A DNA stretch of 20,734 nt from Octopus sinensis (Eukaryota), in assembly GCF_006345805.1 (NCBI RefSeq), contig NW_021823995.1, positions 1 through 20,734 on the forward strand, in the 5' to 3' direction. Below, piece after piece: positions 9,571 to 19,354 of this stretch. The notes under the pieces are model-generated. The model ran no database searches. It saw only the letters and a program-made list of their open reading frames with translations, and was not told the origin of the DNA. Both the position numbers and the translations under genes were made by a program. Every line of letters begins with the position of its first letter. Position 1 is the stretch's first letter.

Positions 9571-9625
9571 CTGAATTCGTGTGCGAGTAGGTACAGTGTT
9601 TGTTTTTGTGCGTGTGTGTGTATTT

Positions 9626-9822
9626 CACAAAGAGAAAACACAACCATGCGAGGACGTGAAACAAATATAGTATTATCGGACGCTCAGGAAGGACGGGAAG
9701 AAGGAGGGTTCAACGTTTCGAGCGAAGCTCTTCGTCAGAAACATAGGAAAAGGAAAGATCCAGAGAAGGGAAGACAGATGAAAAAAATCGCCAACGGTAC
9801 ACACGCGGTCACATTTTGAATG
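9626..9822 (-). mobile_element. Penelope-like element terminal-repeat (pLTR) fragment, putative
   Basis: A ~200-bp non-coding segment between (TG)n and (TA)n that carries a minimal type I hammerhead, the motif known from PLE terminal repeats. No RT or GIY-YIG sequence is present to confirm the assignment. Confidence 0.6.
9708..9742 (-). ncRNA. Minimal type I hammerhead ribozyme motif
   Basis: Minus strand reads GUUU-CUGACGA-A-GAGC(UUC)GCUC-GAAACGU-U-GAAC. It has core boxes CUGANGA and GAAA, a 4-bp stem II, a palindromic ACGU stem III and a 4-bp stem I. Confidence 0.8.
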
Positions 9823-10550
9823 TATATATATATATATATACACATACACAAGTATATACATACATATATTGTTTAAACTTGAGATTAAATTTGGCCAAGC
9901 AGACAATTTGACCACAGGTATTCCAGCAATGACCACCACTTATTAAGAATATTTAGGATTATGTGTTCTTTCCTTATTTTTTACTGACTGCTATTTTTTA
10001 CTGACTTCGCAGCGACATCAAGGTTCCCTCTTTTCTTCGCCGTAATATTTGTTTAGATCAGCTCAAAAAGTTGATGTACTCCTAATGCCTCTTAGAACCT
10101 GTTTAATCGAGGATGTAAAAAAGGAGATAGCAAAGTCTTCAGTGTGAGTATGTGGTTTGTGGGGTCGACCGCGTCCTCCGCTTCATTTTGTGTTAATCAC
10201 TCATTCTCATTTAATTGTATATATTTTAATTGTTTGTTTATTCATACGTTTCGTCTCATTCGATACCCTGACCCCCAACGTTTGTTTTGTCTGTCCCCGT
10301 ATTGTCCCCTCTTTTTCTCAACCTTATGGTGAATAAAGAAATACTCTCTCCTGTCTCTCTCTTCACACACACACACACACAGAATAATTATCACAGATGT
10401 ATGTAAGTTAACGATAATCTCAATGACAATTATACCAAACAAGACACCTGGGAATGCAATCGGTGCGTTTATGAAACCCCGCCGAGGAAATACATATAAA
10501 CGCGAGTTTTTATCAAACAGAAAACTGTAACTGGAATCCTTACCAAAGAT

Positions 10551-10922
10551 TGGAAGCACTCCGTCGGTTATGACGACGAGGGTTCCGGTTGATCCGAATC
10601 AACGGAACAGCCTGCTCGTGAAATTAACGTGTAAGTGGCTGAGCACTCCACAGACACGTTCACCCTTAACGTAGTTCTCGGGGATATTCAGCGTGACACA
10701 GAGAGTGACAAGGCCGGCCATTTGAAATACAGGTACAACAGAAACAGGAAGTAAGAGTGAGAGAAAGAGTACAGCAGGGATCACCACCATCCCCTGCCAG
10801 AGCCTCGTGGAGCTTTTAGGTGTTTTCGCTCAATAAACACTCACAACGCCCGGTCTGGGAATCGAAACCGCGATCCTATGACCGCGAGTCCGCTGCCCTA
10901 ACCACTGGGCCATTACGCCTCC
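10551..10922 (-). mobile_element. SINE type A, tail variant 1, with a 13-bp TSD
   Basis: Near-identical to 5439-5817 and 15525-15909. TSD ccttaccaaagat at 10538-10550 and 10923-10935. Confidence 0.95.
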
Positions 10923-10959
10923 CCTTACCAAAGATAATGGTTGAGTCAATAAACGGGTG

Positions 10960-11110
10960 CAACTATGATTGTTGGGGTTAAGAATTTCGTTTCGAAATCA
11001 TTGGTTTAGCGTTCAATCTCACCGCTTGGAATTTTAAGCAAACGCCTTTTATCTTAATCCCGGGTTCACCAATGCCTCGCGAAAGAAATTTGGTGGAATT
11101 TGTAGAATCT
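10960..11110 (+). mobile_element. Highly degenerate SINE type C head
   Basis: ggttaagaatttcgtttcgaaatcattggtttagcgttcaatctcaccgcttgg...ccgggttcaccaatgcc...gaaatttggt is colinear with 11318-11460. Confidence 0.5.
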
Positions 11111-11317
11111 CACCGAAATGATTTTTCCTGTTTTTAGGTGCTAGACTTAATCTGTTACCCGGTTTAATATGGATACCCCGATTACCATTAGGTGCAAGCA
11201 TCCTGTTGTAGCCCTCTGGTCAGGCAACCGGATCAAGAATAACTAGCTTATTCCTTCCCATCAGTGTCACAATTTTGGATGGCCAGGAAAAGGGCATAGG
11301 TACTACATTTCTTTTTT

Positions 11318-11483
11318 GGCTGTGTGGTAAGAAGTTTGCTTCTCAACCACATGATTCCTGCTTCAGTCCCACTGCGTGGTACTTTGGGCAAGTGTCTTCT
11401 AATATAGCCTCGGGCCAACCACTGCCGTATGAGTGGATTTGGTAGACGGAAACTGAAAGAAACCAGACTTGCTTATATATATA

Positions 11484-11556
<73 letters not shown>

Positions 11557-11843
11557 TCTGGTCGGTCACGTGATCACGTGATATATATATATATATGATG
11601 GTCAGGTCGGTCACGTAATCACGTGATATATATATATATATATATACACACACATACATACATATATACATACATAGATATATACATACATACATAATTA
11701 TATGTGTGTGTGTGTGTTAGCCCCCAGCACCGCTTCACAACCGGTATTGATATGATTACGTCTCCACAACTTAGCGGTTCGGCAAAGGAGACCGATAGAA
11801 TAAATACCAGGCTTCTAACAAAGTACTAGGATCGTCGATTCAT
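11318..11843 (+). mobile_element. Bipartite SINE type C with an internal (TA)/(CA)/(TG) microsatellite
   Basis: tRNA-like head ggctgtgtggtaagaag...ttcagtcccactgcgtgg at 11318-11465, microsatellite at 11474-11718, then a second half ccccagcaccgcttcacaaccgg...ttagcggttcggcaaa...gatagaataa matching 16632-16740. Linkage of the two halves into one element is inferred. Confidence 0.75.
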
Positions 11844-12025
11844 TCAGAGTTTCACATTCCCGTTGCCCGATGGAACGTGAAACCCTGAGTAGCAGTTATT
11901 TGTGTGTGATGATCTTGCAGTTTTAATAAAATAAAACCATATTACTCTACCCCTGGTATTCGAGTACTATTCTTTTCCACCTTGTTTTGCATCTGCGATA
12001 TCCAGCGCGCGCGTGTATATATATA

Positions 12026-12059
<34 letters not shown>

Positions 12060-12064
12060 TGTGT

Positions 12065-12375
12065 GGAGGCGCAATGGCCCAGTGATCAGGGAAACGAGCT
12101 CGTGGTCGTAGGATCGCGGTTTCGATTCCCAGATCGGGCGTTGTGGGTGTTTATTGAGCGAAAACACCTAAAGCTCCACGGGGCTCTGGCAGGGGGTGGT
12201 GGCGATCCCTGCTGTACTCTTTCGCCACAACTTTCTCTCAATCTTTCTTCTGTTGGCCTGCTCGCTGAGCCAGCGGGGTGGCGTCATTTGAAGGCTAAAA
12301 CAATGCAATGCAAAGCGCATTGTGACCAGCGATGTGTAGCAACATCTGATAGCCTAGTCGGTCACGGTGATCATG

Positions 12376-12380
<5 letters not shown>
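12065..12380 (+). mobile_element. SINE type A, tail variant 3, ending in (TA)n
   Basis: ggaggcgcaatggcccagtg head and shared body to caactttctctca, then a distinct tail tctttcttctgttggcctgctcgc...gtcggtcacggtgatcatggtgat followed by (TA)n. Confidence 0.9.
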
Positions 12381-12408
<28 letters not shown>

Positions 12409-12516
12409 CTTCAACATAGCTTGGCATATAGCTTCAACCGTGTTTTCTGACGTGATTTTGCTACCCAGGTATCGGTTAACCGAATTATCCATACTAGGAT
12501 AATTCATTCACCTTCT

Positions 12517-12519
<3 letters not shown>

Positions 12520-12559
<40 letters not shown>
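12520..12559. repeat. (TA)n microsatellite
   Basis: Visible directly. Other TA runs lie at 11474-11550, 12381-12407, 19690-19726 and 20024-20060. Confidence 0.97.
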
Positions 12560-12562
<3 letters not shown>

Positions 12563-13450
12563 TGTTTTGAGTGGTATTTATGAAAATATATACTGCAGTA
12601 ATTTTAACAGAAATGCAGATCTCGTATTTTAAGAAAACCCATCTGTTATAAACATTTTCAATTCTGCACCAGGGCGTTCATTAAAGTTCTCTCTAATACC
12701 CCTCTTCAGAAATACATGACACTCGAACTGCATTTCTCAGTAAATCTAAAACACTGCCTCTACCTAAGAAATCATTATTATTCAATTTTCCACATAAGTG
12801 ATTAACAAATCAGCAACTGGATACGTCCCCGCCACTTTTTTCTACCCTACCTTCCACTTATAATTAACTCAGTTCTCAATTCATTTCAGTGCTGGGCTGC
12901 TAAGTTCATCTATCTCTTGACAAAAGCATTGTGTCTGACTTTAAATAGATCTTCTTTCTCGCACAAGCAGCGCATTAGTATGCGAGGCTTCATTGCGGAA
13001 ATTTTCGTCAGAGCCTTGCAACGTAACTTTGTCGGAATTTTAAATACGTGTCACGCTGTTTTATTGCCAATTGTATAACTGATATCTGGGGGAAAAATAT
13101 TAGAAAGGAAATAAAATACAACAGAACTAAAAGTTGGGGAGATTGTCTGAGATAAAAACGAAAACTGCCGACATGACAGCAGAAGCTTACAAATAAATGG
13201 AAAAAAAGAAAGAGAAAAGAAAAGGAAAAAAAAAACAAAAACAAAAACAACAAAAGAACAAAAATATAGAAAAAAAGAAATAAATAATTTAGAGAAGTGA
13301 ACTGAATAGTAAATTGGTATTGTTGGTGCTGGTGTTGGATGAGTGGAGATATCGGACGAGAAGGGAAAAAGGGGGGGGGGGAGGAAAGAAAGAAAATGAA
13401 ACGAAGAAATGACTAGAATAGTAAATTGCAGAAAGGAAAGGGGAATTATT

Positions 13451-13627
13451 GATAACGACACCGACAACAGTAACAATAGCAACAACAACAACAACAGCAG
13501 CAGCAGCAACAACAACAACAACAACAACATCAACAAGAACGATAAAGGATAACAAGACAAATAAAGAAATAACAGTAAGAATAATTACAAAAACACCATT
13601 AACAACAATAATAATAATAATGATGAC

Positions 13628-13663
<36 letters not shown>

Positions 13664-13913
13664 AGATAGTAATATAATAATAATAATAATAATAATAATA
13701 GTAATAGTAATAATAATAATATAATAATAATAATTATAATAATAATAATAACAGTAATAATAATAACAATAATAATAGTAATAATAATAATAAATAATGA
13801 TATAATAATAATAATGATGATAATAATAATAATAATATAATAATAATATATAATAATGATGATAATAATAATAATGATGATGATATGATGATGATGATGA
13901 TAATAATAATATA

Positions 13914-13945
<32 letters not shown>

Positions 13946-14092
13946 AATGATATAATAATAATGATGAATGATGATGATGATGATGATGATTGATGATGAT
14001 GATGATGATGATGATAATAATGATGATGATAATAATAATAATAGTAATAATAATAATAACAATAATAATAATAATATAATAATAATATAATA

Positions 14093-14173
<81 letters not shown>

Positions 14174-14690
14174 TAATAATGATGATGATAATATAATGAT
14201 GATGATTGATGATGATGATGATGATGATAATAATAATGATAATAATAATAATGATGATGATGATGATGAATGATGATGATGATGATTATGATGATGATGA
14301 TGATGATAATATAATGATAATAATAATAATAATATAATAATAATAATAATAATAATAAATAACGGATGAAATAAAATCAATGAGATCTACATTCAAACGA
14401 ATAGAAAGTTTCATATTGATGCTGTCGATGATGATGATGATGATGATGATTATGAGTGATACTGTTGATGATGGTTTTGTTAGTGATAACGATTATGATG
14501 AATGAATGACGAATGATGAAGACGATGGAAATGATGACGACGGCGACGATGGTGGGGGTAGTGATGACGATGACTAAGACGCTGACGGTGGTGCAAAGGA
14601 CGACGATGACAGTGATGGAGATGATGACGATGACGATGATGATGGTGGTGGTGGTGGTAGTGGTGGTGGTGGTAGAGGTGGTGTTGATGG

Positions 14691-14722
<32 letters not shown>

Positions 14723-14739
14723 GATGGTGATGGTGATGG

Positions 14740-14770
<31 letters not shown>

Positions 14771-15042
14771 GGTGATGATGATGATGATGGTGGTGGTGGT
14801 AGAGGTGGTATTGATGGGGATGAATGATGATGATGGTGATGATGATGATGACGATGATGATGGTGATGGTGGCGTTGAAGGGGATGAATGATGATGTTGA
14901 TGAAGATGATGATGATGATGATGGTGATGGTGATGGTGATGATGATGATGATGATGGTGGTGGTGATGGTGATGATGATGATGATGATGATGGTGATGGT
15001 GATGGTGATGATGATGATGATGATGATGATGGTGATGATGGC

Positions 15043-15088
<46 letters not shown>

Positions 15089-15110
15089 GTGATAGTGATA
15101 AATGCTGATA
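13451..15110. repeat. ~1.65-kb compound trinucleotide array (CAA/CAG, AAT, GAT, GAC, GGT)
   Basis: Alternating AAT and GAT blocks, a ~60-bp non-repeat spacer at ~14363-14425, then GAT/GGT blocks. Confidence 0.97.
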
Positions 15111-15266
15111 ACGATGATGAACTGAATTGCCAAAAACAAGGAAAGGAAGGAATGGCTGAAAATATAAATTATGATTGAAGGCAAAAGTAGTTTTCTTCCC
15201 ATCTTGTAAAACGATTCCGTTATATCTTTGAGAGATTTTTATTAAAATTTATGTTAACATCCACGA

Positions 15267-15291
15267 GTGTGTGTGTGTGTTGTGTGTCTTG

Positions 15292-15331
<40 letters not shown>

Positions 15332-15345
15332 TAGTGTGTGTGTTT
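15267..15345. repeat. (TG)n microsatellite
   Basis: Visible directly. Confidence 0.96.
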
Positions 15346-15524
15346 CTAAAAAATGATATATGACAGATTAACAATAAACTGAAAATAACGAGTTAACATA
15401 TTTGCCTGTGTATAAAACACACAGTCGCATAAGACAAATCTTTACATTTTTTTTTTGTGGAAAATGTATATTTTGTGGAAAAAGCCAAAATTTGATGTTT
15501 CATCATACGTCCATACACTCGGTC

Positions 15525-15909
15525 AGGAGGCGCAATGGCCCAGTGGTTAGGGCAGCGGACTCGCGGTCATAGGATCGCGGTTTCGATTCCCAGACCGGGC
15601 GTTGTGAGTGTTTATTGAGCAAAAACACCTAAAAGCTCCACGAGGCTCCGGCAGGGATGGTGGTGATCCCTGCTGTACTCTTTCACCACAACTTTCTCTC
15701 ACTCTTACTTCCTGTTTCTGTTGTACCTGTATTTCAAGGGGCCGGCCTTGTCACTCTCTGTGTCACGCTGAATATCCCCGAGAACTACGTTAAGGGTGCA
15801 CGTGTCTGTGGAGTGCTCAGCCACTTACACGTTAATTTCACGAGCAGGCTGTTCTGTTGATTCTGATCAACCGGAACCCTCATCGTCGTAACCGACGGAG
15901 TGCTTCCCT
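15525..15909 (+). mobile_element. SINE type A, tail variant 1, full length with a 12-bp TSD
   Basis: A box tggcccagtgg and B box ggtttcgattcc. TSD atacactcggtc at 15513-15524 and 15910-15921. Confidence 0.95.
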
Positions 15910-15990
15910 ATACACTCGGTCGTATTAAACGCATTACAAGCTTTTGTAACATTTGAGAATATAAAATATGTGTATACACCGGTATACACA

Positions 15991-16204
15991 GTTAGCACGC
16001 CGGGCGAAATGCGTAGCCGTATTTCGTCTGCCGTTACGTTCTGAGTTCAAATTCCGCCGAGGTCGACTTTGCCTTTCGTCCTTTCGGGGTCGATAAATTA
16101 AGTACCAGTTACGCACTGGCGTCGATGTAATCGACTTAATCCGTGTGTCTGCCCTTGTTTGTCCTCTCTGTGTTTAGCCCCTTGTGGGTAGTAAAGAAAT
16201 AGGC
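15991..16204 (+). mobile_element. Slightly 5'-truncated SINE type B with TSD
   Basis: gttagcacgccgggcg...gtaaagaaatagg. TSD gg(t/c)atacacagt at 15981-15992 and 16202-16213, overlapping both element ends. Confidence 0.93.
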
Positions 16205-16631
16205 ATACACAGTGGCGGACTGAGTCTTAGAATATTGGTTGCCAGGAGACTACCCGCAACTACAAGTGGTCCCACCCGCAACAACAATGCTATCATTTAA
16301 TTTTTTTTTTTTCAACTGTCTACAAACACAGCCAGACTAAGATAATTAATGCATTATTAAAGGAGTGAATAAAAATGTTCAAACTAGAGGGAATTGGTCC
16401 CTTAGATGCTACATGGGCCCCCATATTTGGATTCTAATGGCGCAGGGGCAAGGTGGCAACCTGGGTACACGATATACAGAAACCACATTTGATAGAGAAA
16501 CGCGTGTACAACTCCAGCTATAACCATAACAGGCTATCAAGCTAACAAAGAAACGAAGGAAGTTCTATGTGGTAAAGTAATCTCTATATATATGTATGTA
16601 TGTGTGTGTATATGTTTGTGTGTCTGTGTTT

Positions 16632-16838
16632 CTCCCCCAACATCGCTTGATAACCGATGGCGGTGTGTTTAAGTGCTCGTAACTTAGCGGTTCGGCAAAA
16701 GAGATCGATAGAATAAGTACTAGGCTTCCAATGAATAAGTCCTGGGGCCGATTTGCTCGACTAAAAGCGGTACTCCAGCATGGCCGCAGTCAAATGACTG
16801 AAACAAGTATAAGAATAAAAGAGAGAGTAAAGAGTAAA
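16632..16838 (+). mobile_element. SINE type C, 3' half
   Basis: Follows a (TA)/(TG) stretch and matches 11720-11843. Continues to gcggtactccagcatggccgcagtcaaatgactgaaacaag and an (AAAGAG)-like tail. Confidence 0.85.
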
Positions 16839-16960
16839 TGACCTGTTGTATATTATCGTGAACTCTCTTGTAAAAGGCAGCCGAGAATTCTGCAGCTAGT
16901 TGCTGAAAAACCTGCACTGGTGATTTGCTTATAGTAATCAAATCTGCGCAATGCAGATTT

Positions 16961-17540
16961 GAGCTGGCAGAAGCGTTAGTACGCCGGACGAAATGCTTAG
17001 CGGTATTTCGCCCGTCGCTATGTTCTGAGTTCAAATTCCGCCGAGGTCGACATTGCCTTTCATCCTTTCGGGGTCAATAAATTAAGTACCAGTTACGCAC
17101 TGGGATCGATGTAATCCCTTTGTCTGTCCTTGTTTGTCCTCTCTGTGATTATCCCCTTGTGGGTAGTAAGGAAATAGGTATTTCTTCTGCCGCTACGTTC
17201 TGAGTTCAAATTCCGCCGAGGTCGACTTTGCCTTTCATCCTTTCGGGGTCGATTAAATAAGTACCAGTTACGCACAGAGGTCGATCTAATCGACTCAATC
17301 CGTTTGTCTGTCCTTGTTTGTCCCCTCTGTGTGTAGCTCATAGTATGCAGTAAAGAAATAAGAAACGTTAGCACACCCGGCGAAATGCTTTACGTTCTGA
17401 GTTCAAATTCCACCGAGGTCGACTTTGCCTGTCATCCTTTCGGGGTCGATAAATTAAGTACCAGTTGCGTACTGGGGTCGATGTAATCGACTGTCCCCCT
17501 CCCCACCCAAATCTCAGGCTTTGTACCTTGAGTAGGAAAG
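16961..17540 (+). mobile_element. SINE type B trimer
   Basis: Monomers at 16961-17176, 17177-17360 (restart at ggtatttc) and 17361-17540 (restart at agaaacgttagc, with a different tail). Confidence 0.92.
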
Positions 17541-17584
17541 CATATCGACAGTACCTGTTCCGGAGCATCGCACGTCAGATATCG

Positions 17585-17710
17585 AACTGATCTCAGATCA
17601 ACGTGAAATGACGTGATTTGCCCAAGAACACAACGCACTGCCCTGTACAGGAATGGAAACTGCGACTTCAAGATCGTGAGTGCAACGCCCTGACCGCTAG
17701 ACCGTACGTC
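17585..17710 (-). mobile_element. tRNA-derived SINE type D, 5' fragment
   Basis: Reverse complement: cggtctagcggtcagggcgttgcactcacgatc...gtttccattcc (A/B-box-like), followed by gcgttgtgttcttgggcaaa, a typical post-tRNA SINE segment. Confidence 0.7.
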
Positions 17711-17770
17711 ATCGTAGTATAGCATTGCATACCACTTTTCTAGATATACTTCTTAAAATACTCAGGTTGG

Positions 17771-18422
17771 TAAGAAGAGCAAGGAACTTCCACCGAGGTC
17801 GATTTTGCCTTTCATCCTCTCGGGGTCGATAAATTAAGTACCAGTTTCGCACTGGGGTAGATGTAATCGACTTAATCCCTTTGTCTGTCCTTGTTTGTCC
17901 CCTCTATGTTTAGCCCCTTGTGGGTATTAAAGAAATAAAAAGAGCAAGGAAATTCCGCCGAGGTCGATTTTGCCTTTCGAGGTCGATAAATTAAGTACCA
18001 GTTACTAACTGGGGTAGATGTAATCGACTTAATCCCTTTGTCTGTCCTTGTTTGTCCCCTCTATGTTTAGCCCCTTGTGGCTATTAAAAAAATAAAAAGA
18101 GCAAGGAAATTCCGCCGAGGTCGATTTTGCCTTTCGAGGTCGATAAATTAAGTACCAGTTACGCACTGGGGTAGATGTAATCGACTTAATCCCTTTGTCT
18201 GTCCTTGTTTGTCCCTTCTATGTTTAGCCCCTTGTGGGTATTAAATAAATAAAAAGAGCAAGGAAATTCCGCCGAGGTCGATTTTGCCTTTCGAGGTCGA
18301 TAAATTAAGTACCAGTTACGCACTGGAGTAGATGTAATCGACTTAATCCCTTTGTCTGTCCTTGTTTGTCCCCTGCATATTTAGCCCCTTGTGGGCAATA
18401 AAGAAATAAGAAGAGCAAGGAA
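17771..18422 (+). repeat. Tandem array of four 5'-truncated SINE type B units (165, 157, 157, 157 bp) separated by copies of the target site
   Basis: aagagcaaggaa recurs at 17775, 17940, 18097, 18254 and 18411. Each interval is a SINE core plus tail. Confidence 0.95.
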
Positions 18423-18953
18423 AAGAAGTCGAAAATGATCAAGGTAAAATAAAAATCAGGAAAAATAATCGATGAAAAGCAATGAAATATGGTGAAGAGT
18501 AAGAAAGTACACTCGGCGTTGATTGAGTGGAACAAGGAAGCATAAAACGAAAGGAAGTGGATAATGCTAACTGAAGTATGAAGAATTTTGGTTGAAAAGC
18601 TAAGAATTAATAAATTAAAAATACAAAATGACCGCAGCTTTAAAGCTGAAACAATTTAAAGATTTTAGGATTTGAATAAGAAAAAAATCGTTAGACATAT
18701 TTGATTAATTATTATTTTTAAAGGGGGAGAGTTTGGAGGGGAGTTGTGAATTGTTGATTGCCAGCTTGAAGCATAATGGTTTGGCATAGCGTTATTAGGT
18801 CCCACCCTCATACATATGCATATATGCGTGCATATAATCGAATACATGTAAGCGAAGATACCGAAGCTCAAACACACATGGGTACCCATCAGTTATCAAC
18901 ACAAACGCATGTATAACCGAACACGCATATACGAATGCATGTCTGCCTGCCTC

Positions 18954-19011
<58 letters not shown>

Positions 19012-19026
19012 GTCTATCTCTATCTG

Positions 19027-19090
<64 letters not shown>

Positions 19091-19119
19091 GCTATCTATC
19101 TATCTATCTAATCTATCTA
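18954..19119. repeat. (CTAT)n / GATA tetranucleotide microsatellite
   Basis: Visible directly. Confidence 0.97.
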
Positions 19120-19354
19120 ACGTTAACTATTGCGCCTAGAGTAAGTGGCAATGCCCATAACCGTTGTAGACTCTCAAAATTCTCCGAGTCTGGATTCAAG
19201 TTGTCGGACATCATTGGGTGTCTCCATTACCTTACAGACATACGAGATGCTTTGAACCTTCATGAAGTCAATAGTGCGCACATACTTATATGTAGACATA
19301 CATATATAGTTGTATCAAAATAACATTATATATATATTATTTTTTAGATATTTC

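Noticed and set aside
10242-10559. 105-aa minus-strand ORF
   Set aside because: It starts inside a SINE/TSD, crosses a (CA)/(CT) repeat and has no recognisable motif.
13051-15202. Long ORFs (363, 240, 169 aa etc.) with poly-I/L/Y/H/M/D/T runs
   Set aside because: They are translations of the triplet array in several frames on both strands, with no domain or exon signal.
15526-15600. SINE heads as tRNA genes
   Set aside because: A and B boxes are present, but there is no acceptor-stem closure, and each continues into a SINE body with TSDs.
16210-16460. cagtggcgga as a possible hAT/MITE terminal repeat
   Set aside because: No matching inverted terminus (tccgccactg) or 8-bp TSD was found in the window.
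16940-16960. 8-bp inverted repeat aaatctgc/gcagattt at the 5' junction of the SINE trimer
   Set aside because: It is short, single, and could arise by chance or junction fill-in.
17771-18422. CRISPR-like repeat-spacer array
   Set aside because: The 'spacers' are near-identical SINE copies, the context is eukaryotic and there are no cas genes.
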